The notes under the pieces were generated by a model. The model did no database searches, had not been told where the DNA came from, and saw only the letters and a list, made by a program, of their open reading frames with translations. From Cyanidioschyzon merolae (lineage: Eukaryota), in NCBI GenBank assembly GCA_000091205.1, contig AP006490.2: DNA of 64,000 nucleotides; one strand, 5' to 3'. Numbering within the stretch: position 1 is the first letter of the stretch; the number at the start of each line of letters is the position of its first letter. Shown piece by piece: positions 10,274 to 23,300 of the stretch. A program made the position numbers and the translations under genes.

Positions 10274-11883
10274 TGAACTCCTGAAAGTTCTACTCGTAAT
10301 TGTATAGGGTTGCGGAGGCTACCCTGGCGAAAAAGACAAAAGTTGGTGCTCCCGACGTGGCTATATGGGTTGCCCGCGAGCGCTTTAAAACGTTGTTGGA
10401 GAACGACAAGCGCGAATAGAAGCTGGTTTAGCTAGGACAAAGTTGTACAGATGAGTACAATTCACTGCGAAACCGCTCTCGCGATCCATTTCGAATTGCG
10501 CACCTGCTGGTAATTTATGTCCAGAAAAGTTCGATTCGGAGGATGGAAGCGCGCGATTCAAGGCGCGTGTCACGCGTACGCAATTGATTCGTGACACACC
10601 GCGTGGCACGCCTGCCGATCGGCGCTGCAACGCTTGCGCCTCTGTCCGAGCGACGCGTCGAGCGTGGCACCGCATGTGTCCATCGTACGGAATCAGGAGT
10701 CAACCTGGACCCGACTGGCCCGATGCGGTATCGATGAGCGCCAAAACACACGGAGGACATTTGGGTCTCCTGGAGCGATAGGGTGCAGGTCGTATGAGCT
10801 ATGGGGATCGGCCATTTGGTCCTGGCGTGGCATCGATGGGTCAAAGCGGGTGCCGTCGGATACGCCAACGCTTCCTGTGAAATCGAGGATGCAGCCTCAG
10901 CCTGTTCGAGGACACTAACGTGTGCCGGCACGCTCGGTCAAGAATTGCTTCACGGAATAGAGACGCGATCGATCACGCAAGATTTCGGATTTCTCCATAG
11001 AGTCAAGATCATGTGTCAAACTGGGGTTCGGCCGGTTGCGAATGTCGCTACGACCAGCTCTGGAAGCGTTCAGTGTTCCTGTTTGAATTTGACGACGTTC
11101 CACAGAATCCAGATGTGTTGTTCGCTTGGGCGTTCTCGTTTCATCCAATGAAATACGCATTGCCGAGCCTGCCGCGTTTGTCTGCTGGGACGCTGGGTGC
11201 GCCCCGCCGTCACATTCGCCCTACTGGAATGGAACGGTGTTGCCGTACCATGACGGAAGCTGGCCCCAGAAGAGCCGCTTTTCAGCGTCAACCCAGTGCG
11301 TCGATTATCCGGTGTCGTCTGCGCCATAAGAAGCCAGAAATCCCGCTTCGTCCAGCAAGCGTCCGGATGGCGGCGCTTCTGTTGCTGCACAGACACAGCA
11401 CGTTCGCAAGTCCGCTCGGAACATCTTCTGGTACCGTGGATGCACGTCGATAACGTCATCAGGCGCGTACGCCAGGACACCTCCATACGCTGGTGCCGCG
11501 GACACGGCGACGATCCTGGTACGGCCTAGCAGTTAGCGCCGGACCAAGAGCTGCCTTCACGTCGTCACAGGCGTTGTTCAGGCGTATCGCGCTGGGCCGG
11601 GAACGCATGGAACTCACCCCATGGATTTCCCGTGCGATTCATGGAGCGGACGCTGCTCGGGCACCGGCATCGATGCGGGAATTTGCGAGAAAGAGAGACT
11701 GTCCAATACTGCCTATTGCTGGATATAATGGTCAGACACGGGCGCTGTGCTGCCGTCGCGGTACGTGAGGTCATCATGCGAAGATAGCAAACAGCGCCAA
11801 GTACTGCGGGCCTGCCCGGTCAATCTCCTGCCGTGTAAACCTGTCGTAACGGGAAACTGTGCTCATGCGCCAAGCAGGTTCGT

Positions 11884-13626
11884 ATGGAGCGCCTTCGAAA
11901 CCAAGTGGATACGTCCCTGACACGAACTGTTGCCCGATCCGTGGTTGTGGGCAATATTCTCACTGTGCTTCTGCTGGGTGTGCTGTACGCCAACTATCGC
12001 ATCTTCGAGGCCTACATTTCAAGTTTTCTTTTGGCGCTGCTTGCTGCGGAGGCGCTAGCTGAGAGCCGCGATCGACTCGTTCGCTGGCTCTCGACCTCTG
12101 AATCAGAAGCTGAAGGAAACGATGTGCAAAGGCCGCGGCGTTTGTGGCACTTCCTCCTCAACCAACTTGGCAAGTTGCAGCAGGCCGTTCGCGGAAAGCA
12201 CTGGTTTGTCTGGTTGCTCAGCGGCACGGCGTTGTTGTTGCTCACGGTACGTGTCCAGCACGGAGGTTTTCTGGTGTTCATCTGCCTTGCGGTGCTGGGA
12301 GGCTCCGCGCTGTGCACTTTGGCTGCTGCACGGTTTCTAGTTCGGCTCCGTTGGATACATGCACGGACTGCTGCAGCAACGTTACTGCTCGCCGCAGTGG
12401 TATCTCTCGTGTGCATTTTCGTGCTCATTTTCGTGACAGGTGTCGTCCAGGATCTCGTTGGCGCTGCTAGAGCGTTGGCGCGACTCGCCCAGGACGCAGC
12501 TACCTGGAATCGCATCGATCCGCAGGGTATCTTGGCGAAAGGCCTCGAGCAGCTCCAGACATTCCTTGCCGCCCATGTGGAGGTGGCGGAGCGCTTCGCT
12601 TTGCGCTTTCGTGATGTACTCAAGGATCTGGGATTCGATATGGAGAATACGGAGCGCTGGTGGGTCAAAAGCAGTGACCCGTCCTGGTGGCGGGACTTTC
12701 TCACGGGGGACTTGCACGCAAACGCAATGCTGCGGGAAACGACATCTCTGAGGGTGCCCAGCTGGCAGCAAGCACGCACTGTGGCCAAAAGGCTCTGGGA
12801 AGGTGCTCGGAAGAACGTCACACCTGGATCAATCGCACGACTTGGCAAGCATATTCGTTTGCACGCAAGTTCGGAACAGATTTACACTGGAGCCCGTCTC
12901 GTCATGATCCCGGTCATGCGACTAGCGCAGGCCTTTGGAATTTTGCTGACGTACAGCGACGGCACTGCAGCTTTTCTTGCTATGTTTTTCTTCCTGCTCC
13001 GACAACCCGGTTCAGTTGTACATGCACTGGTCCAATGGATCCCGTTCCAGAACACAGAGCGCAACCGGAAATTGGAGCAAACGCTGCGTACGGACCTGCA
13101 TCGCTTCGTGTGGAGTGCGCTGAGTCAACTGTATCTGCAATCGCTTTTTGCATGGTGCGTCTTCGTGACGTTCGGGTTGGAGCTAGAATTCCTGGTAGCG
13201 CTCTGCGTTGGTGTATCCGTGCTCATACCCGTACTGCCCGGGCCGCTTCTCTGGACGACACTGCTTGGCTTGCCCCAGGTGATGATGCGCACGTCTCTGG
13301 GTAGACTTTGGCGTTCGCATGCCGCCTTAGCCTTTGTCTGCATCAATCTGGTTGGGCAGAAAGTCTTGGTGCGTTTCTCGCGAAATGCTGACGACGAAGA
13401 CGCAGAGCAGGTGCAGCAACGTGCGGACGGTACCCTGACGCCCACGAACGGCCTGCTCACATTATCCGCTCTGTTGGGATGGCGGATCCTAGGTGGACTG
13501 CGCGGTGCACTGATCGCAAGTTGCTGCATCTTCCTGACATCGCTGCTCGTGCAATGTCTTGTAGATGATTCCTCCACCAGGGGATCTGAAAATAAGATAC
13601 CTCACCAAAGCGGAGGTGCGGCGTAG
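11884..13626 (+). CDS. Polytopic membrane protein, AI-2E/UPF0118 (TMEM245-like) transporter family, tentative
   Basis: 580-aa ORF with at least 8 hydrophobic segments. The motif LIPVLPGPLLWTTLLGLPQ resembles the conserved IPYIGP motif of AI-2E family transporters. The family call is tentative. Confidence 0.55.
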   Translation: MERLRNQVDTSLTRTVARSVVVGNILTVLLLGVLYANYRIFEAYISSFLLALLAAEALAESRDRLVRWLSTSESEAEGNDVQRPRRLWHFLLNQLGKLQQAVRGKHWFVWLLSGTALLLLTVRVQHGGFLVFICLAVLGGSALCTLAAARFLVRLRWIHARTAAATLLLAAVVSLVCIFVLIFVTGVVQDLVGAARALARLAQDAATWNRIDPQGILAKGLEQLQTFLAAHVEVAERFALRFRDVLKDLGFDMENTERWWVKSSDPSWWRDFLTGDLHANAMLRETTSLRVPSWQQARTVAKRLWEGARKNVTPGSIARLGKHIRLHASSEQIYTGARLVMIPVMRLAQAFGILLTYSDGTAAFLAMFFFLLRQPGSVVHALVQWIPFQNTERNRKLEQTLRTDLHRFVWSALSQLYLQSLFAWCVFVTFGLELEFLVALCVGVSVLIPVLPGPLLWTTLLGLPQVMMRTSLGRLWRSHAALAFVCINLVGQKVLVRFSRNADDEDAEQVQQRADGTLTPTNGLLTLSALLGWRILGGLRGALIASCCIFLTSLLVQCLVDDSSTRGSENKIPHQSGGAA

Positions 13627-14326
13627 GATGAACATTTCATCGTTGCATGCCGCGCAGGCGATGCGGCTTCTCGCGTCCTGTGAAATTTTCTTGCTAACCT
13701 GGATTCCCGCTGAGCAGCCGACGTTATGATGGTCAAGGCTCGCAGCAAGCTTACCAGCACTGGGACTTGTAGCGCGACCAAATGCAGCACCGTACTAAAT
13801 GGCAAAACAAGAGGCACGAGCATGTTTTGGGCACAGGGGTATGAGGCCAACGCCTCGAAGCTCTCACCAAGAACAACGCGATGTGCAGCGGACGATTCCA
13901 GTGCAAGCGATCGTTAATCGCGATGTAAAGGACATCAGACACATGTCAGACTGAAATAGAAGGGGTCGCACTGTGCGAACGCTGACCTACACTGCGCGCT
14001 TTCGGATCCTCCCCATTGCCATGAACATGACGCTTTGCGGGCATCTCTTGCGCCTGCCTCGTTTCGCTCTCTACGGGCTCGGTTACTCGTTGTGGTGATC
14101 CCTCCCGTCGCTCCAGTTTCGTTGTCAGCAGTCGGTGGAGGTCACTGGGAGCGTTCCAGCCCCGATATCGCGCATTCCCGCTGTTATCGGGGCGCTCCAT
14201 CCACAGGCGGAAGCTGCGATCCCTACATCGCTTGCCACTTTGATCTTCTTTGTAGGCAGCATCGGTGCGCGCTTCGCAGCGGTGACACTCGACTGTGGTC
14301 AGGTGTCGCTGTGTGTCCATAACACC

Positions 14327-14344
14327 CACACACACACACACACA
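14327..14344. repeat. (CA)9 microsatellite
   Basis: The run cacacacacacacacaca is read directly from the sequence. Confidence 0.9.
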
Positions 14345-15550
14345 TCCGTCTATGAGGACCGTTCTATAGCGCATGCTCGCTTAACTCCATCGCCCGGTAC
14401 ACGCCCTTGACGGTTCCAGAAAGCTCGGGTCGATGTTTCCGCCGGATACGCGACCGGTCCTGCATCCTGCGCGCAGAGACGCTTCTTTCGTGCGACTTGC
14501 TCGGCAAGTACGCTGTCCGCCGCACACGCAAGCGCACGCTATGCCCGTTTGATAGACGATTTGTGGGGCGCACTGTTGTACCCGACGAAACGAACCCCCG
14601 GGAAGGAAACGCTACGCTCGAGAACAGGTCGGGACATCCCGATCCGTCAACGCTCCCGTCGCACAAAGCGGCGACGCAAGCTCCTCTAGAACTGGTCGCT
14701 GCGCTGCCCAAAGTCCGAGCCCAACATCCACCTCCACGCAAACCGTGACACGAGAGCAGCTCCGAGCGTACTCCCCCAGAGGTATCGTGCTGCTGGAGCG
14801 TTCCGCTCGATCGATGAACACAGAAACCCGCGAATGCATTGTCTTTCGAACGGATTCGGGAGTATGGGGCGACAAGGTCAGTGAGTTTGCGGCTCGGTCT
14901 TGTGAGCCAGTCGTCGAGGAACTAGGTCGACGTTTTTCCTGGGCATCGCAGGTGCCCGGACCGCTGCGCCCACCAGTTGCCTTGAAGCGGACAGATCGAA
15001 ACCCTGAACCGTATTTGGTATGTGCATGCGACACATCGTATAACGGAAAGGAAGCACGGACACTTCTCCAGATGACGTGGATGGTCTATCGTCGTTGTTT
15101 TGTGAAGGCTTATGCGGGGACGTCGCGAATCGACATGACGATGGTGCGGTGACGGATTCCATCTGGGAAGAGTCGACGTTGCCGCTCCGAAACGTCGATC
15201 GAGCACCCTACAACCGGATATGCATCTGCGAGCCTTTCTGACTGGCACTTGAAATGGCGACGCTGTATACGCGAAACAGGCTCCGGAAACAAGTCATCGA
15301 AAGGAAGGAACCGAGCGAGCAGTTCAGGGTTGCGTTTCAGTCTGACGCCTTCCCAGATCCTGTTTGTGTGGACACGAACGATTACGAAACATGAACGCAT
15401 GCTCCATAGAAATGTTGTTGCATTTCCGTTTCTTTCCAGTCAAAAGAGCACATGTAAACGCGACTGATTGACAGAGCGTCTTTAAAATATGCGGATACAA
15501 AACCAACGTAACCTGGTCGAGAGCGCCGCGCTCTGCAGCCTGACACCCGC

Positions 15551-18500
15551 CTAGGCGCTGACGCGTGGGCCGTGCCCGGCACTACTAGCCGCCGAAGGCG
15601 TATGCTCGGGGTCTGCCGCTGAGGATGTGGCCAATTCTACATCCGACCGCATGTCTACGAGTCGCTCGTTGTTCTCCAGCAGCTGCGTGAGTTTCTCGGC
15701 CCACGCGATGCTGAGGCGTTGGAGCCGCGTCATATGCCGATGATGCACCGCAAGTACCCCGGTGGGTTGATCCCAACGGGCCGACAGCTCGCCCTGAACG
15801 ATCATCTTGCTCAGAATCGCATGAATGCGTCGAGGTTCCAATTCAAAGTGCTCGGCCAATTCTGTCTCTAGGGCAAACGTGTCACAGTATGGGGCATAGG
15901 CTAGTACGAACGCCTTGAGCGCAGCCTCCTTCAGCTGGGGCTGCAAACGACTCAAGCACGATGCATGACGGCCAGTCGGGGGCCCTTCGGTCTCAGCGGA
16001 TGACGCCGCCTGTGTTGCTTGTCCAGCCGCACTTTCCTGACTGGAAGCCGAATCACTCAGGCCAGGTTCAAGCTGGGCCCATACCTTGGCGCTCGCGAGC
16101 ACTTCATAGGCAGCACGCCAGTCACCCTGCAGCAGATGCTTGCTCGCCACTACAATGTGATCGCGGGTGTTCTCAGGTGGCCCCGATATCTGACCTCGGA
16201 GTGAGCCACGCATGAAATGCTGCCAAGCCCGCGAAACGCTTACTTGTCGCGCTTGTTGCTGTAGACTACTCAGTCCACTAGCTTGCGGCAGATTCTGATT
16301 CCACCCACTGGTGAACAATTCACCATGGGCTGAAGCATCGATCCGAGCGAGCCAGTCCGCGTTGCGAGCGGATACCGCAGCCATCAGTGGCACCTCGAGG
16401 AGCATCGCCGATGTCAAGTGAACAGCTTCAAGGAGTTCAGTCGAGATCTGCATGTGGAAAGGGACTTGTCGGCGTCGATCCGCGTCAGAGGCGTTACTGT
16501 TGACTGTCCCTGGTCCAGCTGGACGCGTCGGGGGTGCATGCTGAGCGAGCAGTTCTCGGATCCTCGACATGGATGTGGAGGCAGTTCCAGTACGCGGATC
16601 AAAGAACTGCGGAGGTGAACAGAGATCAGCGAGACAGGCATGGGTTTCGCCAATGAGACCACAGCGGAATGCACAAAGACCGAGCTGGGCCAGCGCCCTG
16701 TTGTACATGATCTGCAAGCCAATATCCTGCTGCTGAATGCTCTCCTGCAGATGCGTCATCAAGAAAAGGTCTCGGGCCCGAAAGAATTGATTCTCGATGG
16801 CGAGGTGGTACACATGCGCGAGCATTGTTTCCGCCTTGGCTCGTTCGTCGCCGTGGCGGTACACGAGGACCGTCAACTCCGTGAAAAGCGTTTCCAGGTC
16901 AGACCCTTCCGCTTCCTCAGCAGCTGGTTCCGTTGCACTCTTCAAGAGACGCATGCGCTGGTACATAGCGCTTGTCTGATAGTAAAGGTGCAGAATGCGA
17001 CGAGCTGCGACGCGCGCCGCTTGGCACGCATCCCCCACCTGTTCTTCATAGTAGTGCTGAACTCGTCGTGCGAAATCAAGCCAGCGAGGTTCGTCTCGCA
17101 GCCGTTCCACGTATTCTGTGGAGTGCGGATTCGATGCTTGGAAAGCACGGGTCAGTTCATCGTCCAAACGTTCGACAAGAGCCGCAAAATCCACCATCAC
17201 GTATTCGAGGGTTTCGGCTTCGGTCGACCCCAGAGCGCCGGATGCTGCTCCCAAGTCGCGGATCGCCGAGCGCACAACTTTGGGGTGTGACTTTGCGATC
17301 TGCAGTAACCTTTCCGCCGTGTTTGCAGCAGCCTGGTACATATCCCGGGGCATGACGCCGAGGGTATGCCCAAGATCGAACTGGGCGGCGATCATATGTA
17401 GCAGAACGCGCACGAGCTGTGCTGGCGTCTTTGCGGCCCGGGAAAGCCACTCCATTTGCCGTACTTGTTCGCGGCGATCCGTTCCTTTGCGTCCGCGAGC
17501 AGCAACAAGTTGTACGATGCGCTCTTCCACCTGCTCGGCGGTTAGATCCTCGGGTTTCTCCTCACGAGCCGGCGATGCGTATTTCCTGATGAATCCATCG
17601 GCGTCCTCGTCGGCACGGCTCTTGCGTCTCACCGCACGGGCGCGTCGCTCCTGTCGCCCGCGACGTCCCGATACGGAGGAATCGTCAGAACTTTCATCAC
17701 TTCTCGATAATGAAAGCGACGAGGATGATGAGGAGGAGGCGGATGACTCGCGTCGGAGCCAGCGAGCCGCTCTCGCACCGCGCACAGCCTCTGCAGGTTC
17801 CTCTGCTGCTAGGCTCTCTGACGATTCCTCACTTGAGCTTTCGTCCTCATCGGAGCTCGAAGTAGCCCAGGAAGACGATGCATCGGATTTGCTTTCGCTG
17901 TCGGTGTCACTGGCGGTGCCGGCCGACGACGATGAAGCTTCCGACGTACCGCGGGCAGTGCCAGCTGGACGCGATCCAACGAAGCTTGCTTTTCCCGATC
18001 TACGTTTGCGATCGAGAACTTCAGGTTCCAAGGTCTCGAGTTCGGGCGTTTCTGACTCGCCGGATGAGCTCGCACCCGCTTCACTCGATTCCCAGGGATC
18101 CGCGCCACTGGCTCTGTACTCGTTGATTGCTTCTTCGTACTCTCGGTTATTTTTGCGAAGGCGCTGCCGAGTCGTGTTCAGTGCCTTGGTATTCGTTTTG
18201 CTTAATTTCGGTTTCTCTGCGAGCGTTTTTGCGATCTCGTCCTCCAAAAGTACTAGCGCTTTCACATAGGGACGCGGCACAGGCGGACGCCCGCCTCTGG
18301 CAACGTCCGTGGACAGTGCCCGCTCCAAGCGTCGGTTTAGCTCGTCAAAATCTTGCTGCACGCTGGTCCAGTCGTTAATTTTGAGGTGATTTCGCAACTG
18401 CCGAAGCGAGTGCACAAGCGCCTCATACTTTTTCGTCTCCTTGGACTTTACGACTCGTCTTCCATCGCTGTCGGAGTCTGATTCGTCCTCATCCATGAGA

Positions 18501-18679
18501 AACCGGGCCCTGCTGAACCCTCCTCCCACGGTGGAACTCACTGCGCCGGTGGCACCTGTGACGCGAGCTGGCCCGGATCCGGCGCGCGGCACGACGTCCA
18601 CCGCATCGGAGAGCTCCCCCGAAGACGAGGAGGACTCCTCTTCGGAAGTGTCGCCGGTTGCAAAGAAGCGTGAAGTCAT
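15551..18679 (-). CDS. EIF3C: Eukaryotic translation initiation factor 3 subunit C (eIF3c/NIP1), PCI domain
   Basis: N-terminus [22 protein letters not shown] vs metazoan [34 protein letters not shown] matches [46 protein letters not shown] matches [33 protein letters not shown]. Acidic and Ser-rich stretches are also present. It is 1042 aa with no interruption. Confidence 0.92.
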   Translation of the reverse strand: [1042 protein letters not shown]

Positions 18680-19680
18680 ACTACTTGTCTAGTTGTTTCA
18701 AGTTGAACCAGAAGCTCAACAAGTCGGCCCGAACGTTCGCCTCGTGCCCGCGTGATCGAGACTCGCTTGAACCAAGGGTACTGAAGTTTTCAGGAAACGT
18801 GCTTAACAGCGGCCCCGCTTCAACCCTTCCGAGGCGCTGGAAGAGCGGCGGCCGCGCCAGGCTTCGCAGAAAAGCTGTACACAAACGGACATTCTTTGAA
18901 GCAACGCGTGCGCGCGCTCCACCGGCTACCACATCCTTTATGGAAACACGGAATGATCTTGGCAGTCTCTACGGTACGTTTACGGCATCAGATCGATGCA
19001 TCGATTTGTATGCTCGCTGAACCTGCGTGTCCTAGCAGACCTGAGAAGAGAAATCAGTGCCTCCACAGACGTCGGTGCGAATTACAAACTCCAAAGTTTT
19101 ATTTCTGTGAAGAATACTAGCCAGATTCCAGCTGCCTCTCTGGTACCGAGCACGTCAGGAACCGCACAATGCGACGCTGGATATGCGCCGCAGTCGCGCT
19201 TTCCCCGCAGAAACAAAACGATTATGCGGCGCCTTTGCGGGTGTCTGTTCAGGGCGTTGCCAACCCGAGCCACGGCCTGTCCAGTCCTCGGGCCGGGCTC
19301 TCTCAATCTGCGGAAGCAGACCGATTACCAGCGACGCGGAAAGAAGCAATGACAGGAACTCGGTCGCTAGAGCGTAGGCTGGGCGTCGAGCGCCCCTTTG
19401 GCGTCGTGGATTGGCTGCCCGGACCTCGCGGCAGTGCCAATCACCGAGAAGGCGCTCCGAGCCCTGGCGCGGCAGACACAAAAAGACCGGTCCGCAGCGC
19501 ATTCGACCGAAACACTAAGATATCGCAATCGTGAGTGTCTGCAGCCCAACACAGGGCGGTCGGCGAGTCAAGCCTCGATCCCCTCGGATAACCCTGATCT
19601 GAGGCCTGGCCTGCAGACCACGGAGACGCCCATGCCTATCGCGATGCAGCATATCCGATCATCGGACACGTTCGCGCGTA

Positions 19681-19957
19681 CCGAAGGCAGCGTTGATCCG
19701 TAGATCCAATGCTGTCCCAAACTGTCTAGATACGTTCTTGAAATCGCATCATCGTCCGCATTCTGCGTTCCGAAGGCAGCATCGATCCGTAGATCCAATG
19801 CCATCCCATAATGTCTAGATACGTCCCTGAAATCGCCATCACCAGTGGCATTCGTGCGTTCCATAGGCAGCGTTGATCCGTAGATCCAATGCTGTCGCAA
19901 AATGTTCAGACGCGTCCCTGAAATCGCCATCTCCAGCGGCATTCGCGCATCCGCATC
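19681..19957. repeat. Tandem repeat, ~90-bp unit x ~3
   Basis: Units begin at 19681, 19770 and 19861, as ccgaaggcagcgttgatccgtagatccaatgc... The array generates the repeated LGQHWIYGSTLP peptide in antisense ORF 19568..19990. Confidence 0.85.
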
Positions 19958-20321
19958 ATAGCCCAGGCGCCGTTGCACACACGCGCGCAACGCATCGTGC
20001 TGCGCAACCCTCCGGTGTGTGCATCACAGATCGGGGGGCACGCAGGAAGCGCGGGCGTCACATGTGACATCGAGGATGCGCGCTGGCTGCAGCTCCGTCT
20101 CGACGGCGGTGCCAGTGATCGCGGGCGTTCACTGCACCTGGACGCCGGTGTGCGGCGCGCGCGCCTCGCCAGCGCCGAAATGCGCCGTTCATAAAAATAT
20201 CTTCTAGGTCATTTCCAAGGCTTGTGTAGACTGGTGAGAAGCGCAGACTCTCGTCGACGCCGGAGGGTTCTGCCGTGACGTTTTGTTTGTATCTTGAGGA
20301 AGTATTTGCCAGGCACTGTAG

Positions 20322-23300
20322 ATGCCGAAGCTCCACCGTGTTCGAGCGGCTTGCGCTCTATGCAAGGAGAAGGAGGCGGTGGTCTACTGTTGCAGCCACG
20401 GCTGTGCGCTCTGTCTCACCTGCGATCGGAAGGAGCATAAAAGCGCTGTTGACTTTGGGACAAGACAGTTCAACACAAGGCGTAATGTGAGCGCAATGGA
20501 GGCAGTGGACTCCAATAAAGAAGGCTCGCGAGGAAAAATTACTGAGAAACTGCTTCGAGAAGGGCCGCCTTCTGCTTCGCAACTGGAACAGGCGAGTCGA
20601 CGTGCTGAGCGTCGAGCAGGAGCGTGTGCGCAGAAGCAACTGCAGTCCGATGTTGAAGTCGCGGCTCAGGTTGGGGCAACGGCTGAGAACAATTCAGGTT
20701 TACCGGGCGTGACGCGGGACTGCGTGGATGCTGCTTCCGTCGCGAAACGGTACCTAACCGACGGCCCGCAGGTGCACAGCGCACTGGAGAATAGCGGCCT
20801 GGATACTTGTCGCGCCGACGCGAGACCTGTGTTTCCTGTTATTGTGCCAGCTATCGGGGTCTCGGCTCTGACACAGCGGCCTTCGGAGAGCGTGCCAGAG
20901 CCTCAAGCAACGGAAACGAAGAACTGCGCTTTAGCCGAGAATCCGCTGTTTTTCAAGCCTGACTCGGAGCTGCCCTCTGGGGACTCACACTGGGCGAACC
21001 AGATTTATATTTCTAGTTCAGGATCGTCGAGTGTATCTGGTTCAGGTGAAACAGCAGAAAAGATCAGTGACTTTCGCGAGGGCGCGCCCTCGCTGGAGAC
21101 ACCACCTAACGAAGGACAATCCAGCTCTCAGTCGTCTACATTCAGGGACGGCCCCGGCCGGACGACAAGCTCATCGGATTTGCAAACTGCTGGTGTACTT
21201 CCATGTGCATCCGCAGATGTGCAAGCTCATGTGCGGCATCCGATTGTAGCGCCCGCTGTACTCATTCTTTGCGATTCCTGTGGCGCCATGCCGGCCGTCG
21301 CGTACTGCACAGAAAGGGCGCGTTTTCACTGTGAGCTTTGTATGAAATACGCACACGCATCGGGCTCTGCACCGGATGCACCACAGGAACTGCCTATGGC
21401 GTGGCAAGTGCAGTGCATGAAAAGTGGGAAAGCCGCCGATGCAGACATGAAGGGCGCCCACCGGCACGAGCAAGACCCATACGCCTCAAGTCGGAGTCGA
21501 TGCGGGGATTCTGGGGACAGCGGCAGTGCCGAGCGTGAACCCACAAGTGAATCACCCAGCGGCGGTGATCAGGGAACCTCTCATTCCGGCAATGGCGGCA
21601 GTAGAGAGCCGACATCATCGTCCCCGGCAGAGACGGCCGCTACGACGAAGCCACAGAATCTAGAGGGTCCAAGTACTACGGCAAAGAGTGCTCATTCGCA
21701 GCGAAAAACATATTCCGATCGAGGGCTCTCGCGATCTGTCGCTATGATGATGCTTTTGGATTGCTCTGTCGAGGTCCCGTCCCGCGGCTCCGAAGAGCTG
21801 TCTGCAGAGGGCGGCGATGATGCCTCAGCTGAAAGCATCAGTGAACAAACAGACGCCGAGAGCATGAGTCTCGGACACGAAAGCGCGCGATCCGGGGAAT
21901 TTCGCGCAGACCCCTGTACAGAGCCGACGCTCACCTCAACTGGTTTGCCCATCAAATGGGCAACCGCCATTTCCGAGGAGGATCTTGCTGCAGCCGCTGA
22001 GCGAGCCGTTCGCGTATTCGCCGCCTCGTCGAATAGCAACGGCACCCGAAGCACGAGCAGTAGACACGCAAGCAGCAATGACTTGTCTTCTGCAATCGTG
22101 CCCGGGACAGGTACCCATGATGTTGCCACAGCAGCTCCAGCGGTGCAATCTGAAGCAGCAGCAGAGGCGGCTCCGGCGCAGGTAACCGGTTTCGAACAGC
22201 CGCCTTTACCTGCCTGCTGCATCGATATAACGACCACCGATGCACGAAGAGCAATCTCTATCGCAAAGAATGAACCATTCATCATTGGACAGCGCTCGCG
22301 ACCGGCGTATGCGCCTTCGTCGCCTCTTGGACAGCAACCGACATCGCAGTCTACAGGGCGCCGAGGTGGTACCCATCAGCGCAGAACAGCGGATGCAAGT
22401 GAAGGTGCCAAGCGTGCGCTACCGCTCAAACATCAGGCAAACACAACTGCGAGCCGCTGGCGAAAAGGACGCGCCACCGGAAAGAACGTGGATATGCGCC
22501 CCGACGCCAATCATCCCGAAGAGGAACCGCTGGCACCACATTTAACTGGGTTGGATGTCTGGGGACCTCATCCGGAGACGATGGCGATCATCGACAGCAG
22601 CACGCTCGCTCAAGCTGAGACGGCCAGGGGGTTGCGCTCCAAGACAGGGGCGCCAAGGAGCGCGGAGCAAATGCGCGGCACCGCTCTCAAGGTCGAAGGC
22701 GCTGCCATCTGTGCGTCGAGCGCACGAGCCGCATGCTCAGCTGAAGGCCAGGCAGTGTCCGCACCGAGGATGCGTACCTCAGCGCGAGCTTTGGAATCCT
22801 CGACCAGAGTGGATAGTACGCCCCTGGTGCCTTGGCGTGATCTAGAGGTGCAGCAGGCACCGTCTCTCTCGAAACCGCAGGTCCCGGCTTACGTTGCGGC
22901 GTGGTCTGCCTCCCCGAGTCAGCCGAGTTTGGCGGACTTTGTGGAAGCACCTCTTGAATGCAGAAGAAGTATCTCAAAAGCGGCATCAGCGCAGGAGTTG
23001 CGAACGGCATCCGGTCGAGTACCCGATAGCCGGCATCGCTCTTCACGGGAAACCGCCCCGGGCCTAGCAACGCGAACTTCACGGGAAAGCGCTTCGCATC
23101 CTGCGAGTGCACAGACTGCACATCTCGTGGAAGAAGGAGCCACGAGCCGCGGTTGTCCGGCGGGTTTGGTTCATCTCGACGCTGGACCAAGAGGCGGGCA
23201 TGGTGTTGCCTCCATTGCAGTGGGGACGATCGACGGGAACCCAGCCAAACTCCGTGGCTTTGACGATGGCACCCCAGCAGCACGTCTGAGCCCACGTTCC

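Noticed and set aside
12012-12848. 278-aa minus-strand ORF inside the AI-2E-like membrane protein gene
   Set aside because: It is antisense to a well-supported ORF and is Ser/Arg/Ala-rich low complexity.
16640-18269. Long plus-strand ORFs (216 aa, 383 aa) inside the eIF3c gene
   Set aside because: They are antisense shadow ORFs of a GC-rich gene. They are low complexity with no homology, and the opposite strand carries a fully conserved protein.
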